Below, piece after piece: positions 51,201 through 62,941 of a stretch of DNA of 64,000 bases. Below the pieces are notes generated by a model. The model saw only the letters and a list, made by a program, of their open reading frames with translations, ran no database searches and had not been told where the DNA came from. Source of the DNA: Selaginella moellendorffii (taxonomy: Eukaryota; Plantae; Lycopodiophyta); contig NW_003314319.1 of assembly GCF_000143415.4 (NCBI RefSeq), positions 462,365-526,364 of the forward strand. The letters run 5' to 3'. Position 1 is the stretch's first letter, and each line of letters opens with the position of its first letter. The position numbers and the translations under genes were made by a program.

Positions 51201-52856
51201 TTACAAGGACTGGTATTGCAAGAAGCACGACTTGTCTCCAATCTCCAGCAGCCTCCCGGCCGCGCGATTGCCACGCTCCACGTCGCCGTAGCTCCTACAC
51301 GCGCCCAGCAGGCTCGCCCACACAATCTCGTCCGGCGCAAAGGGCATGTTTTGGACGAGCTCCTCGGCGTCGGCGAGCCTGCCCGCCCGGCAGAGGGCGT
51401 CGGCCATGCAGCAGAAGTGGTCCTTGGATGCAGCGATGCCGAAGTCCGGGGACATGGAGCGGAAATGTCTCAGCGCGGTGTCTAGCATCCCCGCGTGCCC
51501 GAATCCGAGCAAAATACCCACAAAGGTGATTGCATTCGCGAGGAAGCCCTCGAGACTCATTGTGGAAAAGAGTTCTGCCGCGTGGGAAATATGCCCCGAG
51601 CGGGCATTTGCTGAAAGGAAAGCATTCCATGAGGCGACGTCGTGGTCTATCATTTTTGTAAACACGGCTCTGGCTCTTTTGAGATGCCCGAGGTGGGCAT
51701 ACGCTGCTAAAACAGCGCTGCAGGAAAGAAGCTCGACCACTGGCATGAGGTCGAGCATTTGCTGGGCTTGTGCCAGATGCCCGCTCTGGGCAAAGTTTAC
51801 AACCATTGCTCTCCACGACAACAGTGTTCGCGCGGGCATGATATTGAAAAGCTGCTGTGCGTCGCCGATTCTCCCAGTTTCCCCGTAAGTGATTACCATG
51901 TAGCTGCAAGAGATTGCGTCGTGCTTTGGCATGAGCTCGAACGTCGTGCAAGCTTCGGACGAATGCCCAGTTTCGGCAAATGCCGCTAAGAGTGCGTTCC
52001 ACGAAAGCACGTCCCTCTCAGGCATGCTATCAAACGCGATCTTGGCTTCTACCATCAGACCTTGATCCACAAAAAGTTTTGTCATCGCATTCCAAGAAAT
52101 TATATCCCGCTCGGGCATCAACTCAAACAGCGCCCGCGCCTCTTGTATATGCCCATTCTGGGCATATGCTTGGATCATTGCCGTCACGGAGACGATCGTC
52201 CTCTCCAGCATCAAATCGAATAATTGTTTGGTCTTTTCAATTTCACCGCAAGCCGCAAGTGCCACAGCCACTGCTGTGGAGCACACTGCTCCTAGCTGGG
52301 GAATGCGATCTAGTACCGCCCAAGAACGCTCCACGTGCCCTTTCCCGGCGTACATCGATGCTAATGCGTTCCACGCGACGACGCTTCGCTCCGGCATAGT
52401 GTCAAAGATCGTCTTTGCCTCTTCGTCTCGAGAGTTCTCTGCAAATGCCTGAAATACTGCGGTGAAAGAGACCACATTCCAACTCGGCATAGCCTCAAAC
52501 ACGGCCATTCCAGCGTCCAGATGCCTGTTTCGGGCATATCCCAAGATCATGGTCGTGTGAGAAATGATGTTCCTCTCCGGCATCTCAAGGAATGTTCGCT
52601 CCATCTCTTGCGTCATTCCGCCCCTGCAAAATGTAATGAGCATTGCGTTCCATGTATCGACACTTTGCTGGCTCATCTTGTCGAAAGTACGCTTTGCAAG
52701 CTCAAGATGCCCTGTTTTGGCATTTGCGGATAACAAAGATGTCCACGTGATGACATTTCGATCTTTAATTGCCGAGAAACAGTTCCATGCTTGCACAATA
52801 TTACCCCTCTGTGCGTGCCAGGTAAGCAGTGCATTCGATGCTGAAGTGCAATGCAT
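51201..52856 (-). CDS. PLS-class PPR protein (SS array, truncated E domain); start uncertain
   Basis: Intronless ORF of ~31-aa repeats ending HFCCMADALCRAG..MPFAPDEIVWASLLGAC..RLLEIGDKSCFLQYQSL*. The first in-frame ATG is at 52856. Confidence 0.88.
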   Translation of the reverse strand: MHCTSASNALLTWHAQRGNIVQAWNCFSAIKDRNVITWTSLLSANAKTGHLELAKRTFDKMSQQSVDTWNAMLITFCRGGMTQEMERTFLEMPERNIISHTTMILGYARNRHLDAGMAVFEAMPSWNVVSFTAVFQAFAENSRDEEAKTIFDTMPERSVVAWNALASMYAGKGHVERSWAVLDRIPQLGAVCSTAVAVALAACGEIEKTKQLFDLMLERTIVSVTAMIQAYAQNGHIQEARALFELMPERDIISWNAMTKLFVDQGLMVEAKIAFDSMPERDVLSWNALLAAFAETGHSSEACTTFELMPKHDAISCSYMVITYGETGRIGDAQQLFNIMPARTLLSWRAMVVNFAQSGHLAQAQQMLDLMPVVELLSCSAVLAAYAHLGHLKRARAVFTKMIDHDVASWNAFLSANARSGHISHAAELFSTMSLEGFLANAITFVGILLGFGHAGMLDTALRHFRSMSPDFGIAASKDHFCCMADALCRAGRLADAEELVQNMPFAPDEIVWASLLGACRSYGDVERGNRAAGRLLEIGDKSCFLQYQSL

Positions 52857-53744
52857 TTGATTCTCATGGCCTTCTCTCTCGTACACGCTCCAGAAGCATA
52901 TGCCAGAAAATTTGCTAGATGGCAGCAACTAGCTGCTCAAGATTGCGTGCTGCTTTGAGGAGAAGATCTACATAATAGCCTTGGATCAGATCAGGCAAGT
53001 TTCTCCTCACTCACTCTTTTTGACTGAATCCATGGCTCGATCTTGCAAGATTATCTCCAAGGATATCCGTGAAGATGCTCTCGTCGTCCTAGAACAATGG
53101 CATGGGCTTTCAGTATGTTTCTGTCTTTTTTTATCTCGTTTTAAATTTAATGAAAAAGCTTTTAAACTCCAGTTATATTTATAGGGAAAACATTAAATTT
53201 TATATATAAATTTTATTGTATTTTAGTATTATGGGAAAAAGTCTCTATCCCAAGTGATTTTAATACACATTAGTGGAGATAAAGAGAACTTTTGATTATC
53301 CCTAACAAGTATTTAGATTTATACTTTTTATTTAGATTGTGTTGGTCGAATCTCTCTTATTTCTATAACTTTTTCATTTCTTTCTCTTTTAATTTTTTTT
53401 TTATATTCATCTTCATAGCAGATTAATATATTCATCTTTTGATTTTAGAGCAACAATTGGTGCAATTACTTAATGCTATATGGATGCAATTAATAAAATA
53501 GACTCAATTAATGGTAGCATTTATAGCATATGGTATAGCTCCTCTTGCTCTTGTTATCAATTTTGGATTTATTTTATAGGAATCTTAGGGATGTTGTGTA
53601 TTATTAGTTCAATTACTTTATAATGATTGCCACATGTCATTTTTGGGATGATGCTCAATATCTGTATAAATTCTTTACATATTTCCAAGAGTGGTACAAT
53701 GGTTTTCATGTAGCCTCTCATGTGAATTGAAGCCTTCTCCTAAA

Positions 53745-54608
53745 CATCTTTAAGTGCATATTTGGATATGTTGATGATGATGATGCCTTCCAACAACCAT
53801 TTTTGTCTTTGGTTGCTTAAGTCAATTATGCAATTTAATATTCACATTTTAAAAACTTTTACTTCTTGCTAAGCCAAATATGTTAAAATGGATTAAAGTA
53901 GGTATGTTATATCTAACACTTCGTCAAGGTCTTGTGTATATACACTTGCCCCAACCACTCTTTTCATGATACTCTTTCACTAACACAACATTATAAAACA
54001 TCACCTCTCCCACTTATAATTGATGTCATCCTTGGTTTTGACATTGAAATTATCACTAACCCCATGCTTGTTTTTGGAATACCATTAAGGGAGTTCATTC
54101 AATGTTTACTTTTTAAATTTGGTTTTACAATAAGAGGTCCACTATTATCATTTTTGTGTTGGTTGAGTTCATTAAGTGTTTACTTTTTAAACTTGGTTTT
54201 ATAATAAAAAGTCCACTATTATCCTTTCTATATTAATTGATACAGTTTCAAATAACAAATGTACACATGCGTATATATGGGATGTGGACTTAATTATATA
54301 TATGGGTGATTTCAAGTTCTAATAATTACAAGTGGTGTCAAATCAAGCTTTTAACCTCATTGGTGTAATCTAGATCTGTAGATGCCCTACAAGACAAATG
54401 ACATGCCCAATACAAATAAGTACAATTTTTAAAGGTTAATAAAAATTAAACTCATGCTAGTTACTTTGATACCATATGTAACATATTTTATCTCTCTCCT
54501 CTAAAGCCAATTGTAAGGCAATTGCTTAATAATAAAGCCTTTAATATTTTATCCTTATTTATCCTCCAAGGCTCCAAGAATTCATGGATAGTATATTTAA
54601 ATTTCATC
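53745..54608. repeat. Degenerate AT-rich repeat, copy A (probable transposon), interrupted by the LTR at 54609
   Basis: Collinear with about 57415-58497 (ctttaagtgcatatt, aataagaggtccactattatc x2, aataattacaagtggtgtcaaatcaa, aaatttcat). Confidence 0.8.
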
Positions 54609-55803
54609 TGTAGCACACATGGTTTTTACCCTTTATCCTATAGTGATTTACCATATGCTAAAACCACAAAGCAGAACCTAAACCTTCCATATGCCACATG
54701 TCCATAGGATAGTGGTGTGGAACTTGAGGTTCAGGGCTTTGTGCCACATGACAGATGCCACGTGTCACATGCCATGTGTCCAAAGGACAGTGGTGCGGAA
54801 CCCGAGTTTCAGGGCCTTGGGCCACTGAATGAAGGGACGGTGCCAAACTCCCAAACTTGGAGCCAAGGAGTGACAGAACCGAACCACGGAGCAACTCCCG
54901 AGCATACAGCCCAAAGAGCGAAGGGACAGGAGCCCAGAGCAACTTGGAATAGTCCTGGAGCAACCAGCATCCTAATGCCAAGACCAGCACGCAAAACGGA
55001 GCCAAACAGAGTCTGGCGCTATTTTGGCATACCGGTGGCTTAACGTGAGGACATGGGTACTCCACTAGCTAGCATGGAATGGAGCTTGGGCTTAGACCCA
55101 AGCCGGACGCAAAACAAGGACAGGCACGCAAGCGGGAGCTAGACTATGCCTCAGGTTGGTCGGCCATGCCCAACCTACCCACTATCCCTACTATACATTT
55201 GGAACCCCCCATAGCCCCCCCCCCCCCTTGAGGAACACACGCTTTGGGCTTTCACCCCAAGCCTCCCTTAGTATCAGGAGTTAGTCTCTGGGACAAGCTT
55301 GAAACTTACTAAATATGAAATATCCCTAGATTGTGAATTTGGACACGGGACAAACACCATTATGTTCAGGACGATCTCTACATGCCATAGATATGCCAGA
55401 TGAGCAAATCTGGACACTTTCCATAAATAGCATCTGGGGCGAATTGAGACTAACACAAAGGGCATGATAGCGAGGGTGTTTGGCAGACACGGTAAGCTAT
55501 CATTTCGCGATATTGAGGGACTAATCTCAATACGCAAGGGTTCTTGTCAAGCCAGTGCAAGACAGAGCAAAAGAGAACTAAGAGCCAGGCCGAGTATGCT
55601 CAGCTAGAAACACATAGGAGTTCCTACCTTATGTCCATTTGGCTAAATACAGGTGATAAGCCTAGTTTACTAACACTTGAACAAGAGGGGGTAATAAAGG
55701 GAACCAGCAATACCGACCTCCTGCCATCGTGGCAGTAAGGTAAGAGTGTCCATAAGGACTAGCCAACAAGTAACTTTCGATACCTGAAGTCATATGCGTG
55801 ACA
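54609..55803 (-). mobile_element. 3' LTR (1195 bp) of a truncated gypsy-like LTR retrotransposon
   Basis: TG...CA ends on both strands (TGTAGC..GTGACA). On the minus strand it is directly preceded by the polypurine tract AGGGGGGGAGAG. Homologous to 58895-59733. Confidence 0.85.
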
Positions 55804-57340
55804 CTCTCCCCCCCTAGGGAAGATCGACGTCCTCGTCGATGCATACTCGAGTCTAGAATACCGTCAAGGAAACAATTCCAGAAAAAGTTCACGGTACTCA
55901 CACTATGTGAGAAATACACCGACTTAAATGAGTTAAGGGGTAACTTCTTTGTCTAACGCGGATGCGCTACCAACTCAGACACCTTCCGGCCATCGCCGAC
56001 AAGGAAATGACCAACGGAGTCAGCCACCCTTGCTGCTCTGAGTGTCACCTAGCTACAAAAGTGTGATACACCCTGCCTGCAGGGACATAGAGAGAGAAGC
56101 CAGAGGCCCCAACCCTCCTGAGCAAAGAAACCAAACCCGTCGGTAAGGTTTAGATAGACTACTGTAAACAGGCAGTTAGAGTTGTTTACATGGTCACGCC
56201 CTTGCAACAAAATAAGGAACATCGACAGAGAGGCGAGTGATGTGACCAATCGACAGTAGCTACCCCATGACTAGAGATTTCAATATGCACACGAAGTGCC
56301 GAAGCCAGTCTGCATATATTGGCCCAAACTCAAAGATCAATATATGGACCATATCAAAGTCATAGACAATGATATCTTAGAGACTTAATTATCAGTGAAT
56401 AAATCTTAGATTAGAACGCAAAAGTATTCCAAGTAAGTTATCATCCGATAAACTAGTATTACAGTATAGGACCCACCAAGATCACTATAAGTTGGAAACA
56501 TAGGATTGACCACCCAACAAAATGCAATAGCAAGTATATCATCAAGGAAACTCAATGATGAAACTTAACTACCGAAGATGGTAAACAGTATGCCAAATAA
56601 TTTACCAAAGAGAACTCAAGAACACAAAGTATCATTGACTGACAAGCACAAAGCTCGCGAATGTATCACCTGAAGGAGATAACATCCAAATCTATCAGAA
56701 CTAATTCGAGCAACAATCAACAAAACATAATGAATGTGGTAAAACCAACAAACACTTAGTCATGCTAACCATTGCACTAGCTAATCTAAATAGATCCCAG
56801 TCAACAATACCAAGGAACTCAAGTTGCCTAAGCAAGTGTCAGCAATGTCTTACTGATGTCTCAAACCCAAGAGACCAATCCAGAGCAAACCACAAAGAAC
56901 ATGTGGTATTGCAAACAGCCATTAGCCATCAAAGAGAACAACTAATCATCATGAAAGATCATCAATCATCCCATCAATAAAAAGATGCAAAATCATCATC
57001 TAAGAAGGAATCTACTATCCCGAAGTATAGCAAATCATTCTATACCAACAATAATCAAGCAAAACCTTCGACAATGATAATCAACTATCTTAGATGATAG
57101 TCAATCATCATTAATGATTGTTAGATGCAAAAGCCAACTTCAACATCGAAGCTAATGAGCCAAATGCCTTCCCTAACAACTTCTAACAAATGGAACAATG
57201 AGCATAAAACTTAAAAAACCAAAAGCTCAAAGAAGCCTACAGCTAAGTCTTGCGTAATAATGATTACGAGTCTCGCATGAACTAACTTCAATGCTAAAGA
57301 AGAAATCATAGTATAACCCACAATATCCCCCCTTAACACA
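55804..57340 (-). mobile_element. PPT and decayed internal region of the LTR element, possibly with a second nested LTR-like piece (about 56270-57322)
   Basis: PPT at 55804-55815. A second purine tract, TTAAGGGGGGATAT-TGTGGG, lies on the minus strand near 57322-57336. No intact pol ORF. Confidence 0.5.
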
Positions 57341-57414
57341 TCCATCAGCTAAACTTCATTTTTGCGTAGTCAGTTACTCTGGTTTTTGCGTAACCACTTA
57401 TGTGGATTGGAAAA

Positions 57415-58497
57415 TGTCTTTAAGTGCATATTTAGACATGTTGATGACTATAGCCTTTTAACAATTGTTTTATCTTGAGCCACATAGGCAAATTATGCAA
57501 TTTAATATTCACTTTTTGGAAACTTTTGCTTCGTGTTAAGCTAAATATGTCAAAGTGGATCAAATTATGTTATGGCCAACACTTCATGAAAATCTTATAA
57601 AATTTTACATACATTTGCCCTAGCCACCCTTTTCATGATGTTTTTTGACTAATACAACATTATAAAACATTATCTCTCCCACTTGTAATTGCAAATACTT
57701 CAACTCCACTTTCTATAAGAGACTATCCTATTTTTATGGAAGTCAATATTGCTGCCTATATTCAAGGATAAAAATAAGGGCATAATCATGGCAATAATGT
57801 TCACTATTAGGCATGTGATAAGGTTTGCTATATATATTGGTGTTATTGGAAAGTGGAGACCTTAATGTCATCCTTAGTCTTGACACTTAAATTATCATTG
57901 GCCCCTCCATACTTGTTTCTTGAATACCATCAAAGGACTAGTATTTACTTTTTAAACTCAGTTTTATAATAAGAGGTCCACTATTATCCTTTTTGTGCTA
58001 ATTGAGTTCATCTAGTGTTTACTTTTTAAACTCAATTTTATTACAAGAGATCCACTATTATCCTTTCTATATTAGTTGATATAGGTTCAAGTAACAGTTG
58101 TACAGATTCATGCGTACAGGATCAAGTGGACTTAGTTATATGTGTGGGTGATTTCAAGCTCCAATAATTACAAGTGGTGTCAAATCAAACTTTTGACCTT
58201 ATCAATATAATCTAGATCTATAGATACCCTTTGTCTTGGATTGGTTGTAGTGAGATCTATAGATACCCTACAAGACAAAAGACATGTTTAATACGTATGA
58301 TTACAATTTTTAGAGGTCAATGAGAATTAAACTCATACCATTTACTTTGATATAATATGTAGTGCACTCTATTTCTCTCCTATTAAGCCAACTAAAGGGC
58401 AATTACTTGATAAAAGAGCCTTTGATATCTATTTTATCCCCATGTTTTCTCTAAAGTTCCATGGATTAATAATGATAATATATCCAAATTTCATTCC
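57415..58497. repeat. Degenerate AT-rich repeat, copy B
   Basis: Homologous to 53745-54608 and continues uninterrupted past the site where copy A carries the LTR. Confidence 0.8.
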
Positions 58498-58894
58498 ATG
58501 ATCACATATGCTATAAGATCCCTTAAATATTCTTTTTGCTATAGCAATTGATTGGTTTAAATAGAAGTATATTAATATCTTCAACTTTGATCTATTGTTT
58601 AGAGCTAGGATTACTATGTATCATCTAAGATATAATATTTTAATTGTTTAATTGATCATTTTTTTTTATCATATAACACCATTGTGAGCATTGTTGAAAT
58701 CATCCACATTATCTTTCATATGATCTAAGGACTATAAGTAGGGATCTATGGATCTATGGATCAACCTTTCATCTTACACATGAATGCTTTTAATATTAAT
58801 TTCAAAAGTATGTCGATAAAAGAGAGTATAAGTGTGACTAATTAGCATCATCCTATCACATATATTAACCATATATTACAATTGATGGAGTTGA

Positions 58895-59733
58895 TGTAGC
58901 ATATGTGGTTTTTATCCTTTATCCTATAGTGATTTACCATAGGATAACCACGAAGTGGAATCTAAACCCTCTATGTGCCACATGTCATATGCCATGTGTC
59001 CAAAGGATAATGGAGTGAAACTTGAGTTTTAGGGTTTGTGCTACTAAACAAAGGAACAATGCCAAACTCCTAAGCATGAAGCGAAAGAATGACAGCACTA
59101 GAGCACGGAATGACTCTCGAGCATATAGCCTGAGGAGCGAAGGGACAAAAACATGGAGCGACTTGGAACAATCCTAAAGTATCTAGCATCCTAATGGGAA
59201 CACACGCTTTGGGCTTTCACCCCAAGCTTCCCTTAGTACTAGGAGTTAGTCTTTAGGATAAACTCGACACTTATTAAATATAAAATGTCTCTAGATTGCA
59301 AATTTGGACACAGGACGAATATCATTGTGTTCAGAACAATCTCTACATTCTATAGACATGCTAAATGAGCAAATCTAAACACTTTCTATAAATAGTATTT
59401 AGGACTAGAATGAGACTAACACAAAGGGCATGATAGCGAGGGTGTTTGGCAAACATGGTAAACTATCATTTAGCGAATATTGAGGGACCAAGCTCAATAT
59501 TGCAAAAGTTCTTGATACCAGACCAAGTATGCTCAACAAGAAACATATAAAGTTCCTACCTTATATTTATTCAATTTAAGTGTATGGCCATTGACTAGTT
59601 TCTCAACTAGCTCAAGTGGGAACTGATAACGGGTTCAGCAATCTTAACCTCCTACCATTGTGGAAGTAAGAAAAGAATATCCAAAAGAACACCTGACAAG
59701 TAACTTTTGATACCCAAAGTCATATTCGCGACA
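58895..59733 (-). mobile_element. Solo LTR (839 bp) of the same family
   Basis: TGTAGC..GCGACA ends, near-matching 5-bp flanks gttga/attga, no PBS or PPT next to it, and internal deletions relative to 54609-55803. Confidence 0.8.
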
Positions 59734-60494
59734 ATTGAACTACTCCATAATAGAGAAGGAATGTTTAGCTATAGTTTAGGTTTTGAGAAACTTTATATGT
59801 ATTTGCATAAATCTTGAACATTCCTAAAGGATGATTATGTTGCAATCACTTCACTATTGAAATAAAAGAATTTAATTGATTATATTGCTCGGTGGGATCT
59901 AAAGCTTCAAATATATAACTTTAAGATTATTCATTCCCAGAGAGTTCTGTAGTTGATATTGATGCCCTTTCTCAAGTTTTTCTCCTTTTTTTCTCTATTT
60001 TTTCCTTTCCTTCTTATGTTCTTGATGAGCTTGTTATTTTAGCATTAATGAATTTTTTTTATAAGGATTCCATGCCATGGTAGTTGTTATGCCTGATATT
60101 CAGTATCTATAAGATGTGATGTTAGATTTACCTTCTCTTAACAAAGTTTGTGATGCTTAAAAGGTTAAGTCATGGATTTAAAGGCTCCATGATAGATTTA
60201 AAAATCCTACATCATTTATTGATGATTTGTTATTTTGACATTTACATTCTCAATATTATTTTGAGGATGACCTTCTTTACTTTGTGGAGAATGATCTTGA
60301 TGACCATTTACGATTAATAGTATCTTTGATCTTTATTCCATATTTTCTTTATACTTACCATATATCTCTTATTATAGAAAGGCATATAGAATATTTGTAA
60401 GTAACTATTTAAGACTAAGAAGTTATATAAGTCTGTTAAAAATATCATTATTGACTCAAATTTTTAGTATGTTATAATTGTTTTTAATTGCTTC

Positions 60495-60645
60495 TAACTA
60501 CTTAACTTGGTAAGTGGAAGTCAATGTTCTAAAAGGAAGTGTATTATTACTTCTGACTACTTGATTTGGTGAGTGGAAGTTGGTGCTCTAACTACTTGAC
60601 TCAATAGGTGTTTTAATTATTTGAATTGGTGAGTGGAAGTTACTA
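60495..60645. repeat. Short degenerate tandem repeat (ttggtgagtggaagt core, 3 copies)
   Basis: Core seen near 60507, 60566 and 60626. Confidence 0.7.
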
Positions 60646-62090
60646 TTTGACTTTATAAGATCATCAAATTTGATCTTGCTTGTTTAAACCTTCAAAAGGA
60701 TTATCACAATATATGTGAACCTTTAACATTTGGATTGGCATAATTATTTACCATCTCTTTAGTATGCATATATCATGGGAATATAAAGTTTTATTAGTGC
60801 TTTAATATATAAACTCTTACATGGTCATAATTTAATATTGCAAACAGAGTTAAATTTACCTTCACAATTGCCACAAACTACTAATACTTTGTTACATTTT
60901 AAGGTTTTCCATCTTCCCAGTGCAATTGCTATGTATTAGGATTAGTATTTGATGAGTATTCTTCCACTAGTTCAAGTGGATTTTATTGAACACTTAGGCC
61001 GCATACAAGTGGGAGAATAATAGCATTACAACTCATTATTATCCACCTTTGGAGTATAAAGTGAATTGTCCCGAAGATGACTATGGATATTAAAAGTTAT
61101 TTATCAATAAGTCTTTTTAAATATTATTCTCTTACTACTACAAAAATAAGAGATTGATATTGCTAGACCCTTTATTAGTCCCTCTTATTCTAGTGGAGTT
61201 AACTGGGCATTTTGAGTGTACTTAGATCAGACAAGCATAAAGATAGAATTCTTAAGTGCTATTAACTAAGCATATTTAACTTGGTAAGGAGTTCAAGTCT
61301 TGTTATGTCTTGCACTGGCTAAGGATAAAAACCCCTATGATATTAAGTTTAATCCTTCAATACTCACTAAGTGATAATTTACCATATTCACCAAGTCACT
61401 TATTAGTTATATTCAGTTCCATTAATTATTTATAGAAAGTGTCTAAATCTACTAATCTATGGAATGTGAAGATTGTCATATTGTTCTCATGTCCAAATTT
61501 GTAATTTAGCACTATTTTATATTTAATAAATTTTTGTGACTGTCCCAAAGGTTAACTCTTGGGACTAAGGTGAAAACCTAAAGTGTGTAGAGGGGGGCCT
61601 ATAGGAGGTTCCAAATGTATAATAAGGATAGTGGATAAGCCAGATATAGCCAACCAATTTGAAATATAATTCATACTTATGTATCTTTATTCTATATCTA
61701 GTTTTAGTTTGAGCCTAAGCTTTATATCATGCTAATTGGTAGAGTACTTATATCCTTGCATTAAGCCACTAATATACTGAGATAGCACTAAACCCTGTGT
61801 TCCTATCCCTTTTCTCTTTTATTGTATGCTTAAAGTTATTCCATAATCTGGTTTTATCACTTTTTGACTTTATGCTCAAAAGTTTGGCTTTGTCTCTTTA
61901 TTTAGTGGCTTAAGGCATTAAATTTAAGTTTTTCTCCATTGCTTTTGACCCACAACTTAGTGGAAGGGATTATATTAAGTGTTGAACAAGTTGCACTACT
62001 TACAGGTCTACTAGTGCTTTCTTCTTATGGTCCTCCAAATTCCAGCCTATCAACTAAGGGACTTTTTCTGTCTTCCCATAAATTTTATAA

Positions 62091-62552
<462 letters not shown>

Positions 62553-62941
62553 AATTATTTGATAGGGAAATTATATTAATAATGTGTAAATCTTTATTTT
62601 GAAATTTTTTTCAGTCTGTAATATTAAAGTCTTTTTTGGTATCATTTTTTTTAGAGATCAAAAATTTTATCAAAATATAGATAATCTAGAAAAAAAACTT
62701 TCAGCTCAAATTAGTAGAAAATTTATGTTATAAGAATAAATAACAAAATTTATTAATTTTAATTAAAAAACCCATACTAAGAATTAAATCATTAAAATAG
62801 CAATCATTTACATAATATTTAATATGAAGTAAAATTAATTTTATTAAAAATTATTTACTTATATATCAATAATAAAATAAATAATATACATATAAATAAA
62901 AATGAAAATTCATAAAGTTATTGCTTCAGCTAGTTACATAT

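Noticed and set aside
49989-51485. 498-aa plus-strand ORF
   Set aside because: Lies wholly antisense to UBP22 and the PPR, has a non-ATG start and no motif.
53059-53067. Second ATATCCTT on the minus strand
   Set aside because: No convincing U12 branch site or AC acceptor, and no coding frame restored.
54609-59733. The two LTRs as ends of one intact retrotransposon
   Set aside because: Outer flanks (tcatc versus attga) do not form a TSD, no PBS adjoins the second LTR, that LTR has its own near-TSD, and the interior holds unrelated host repeat.
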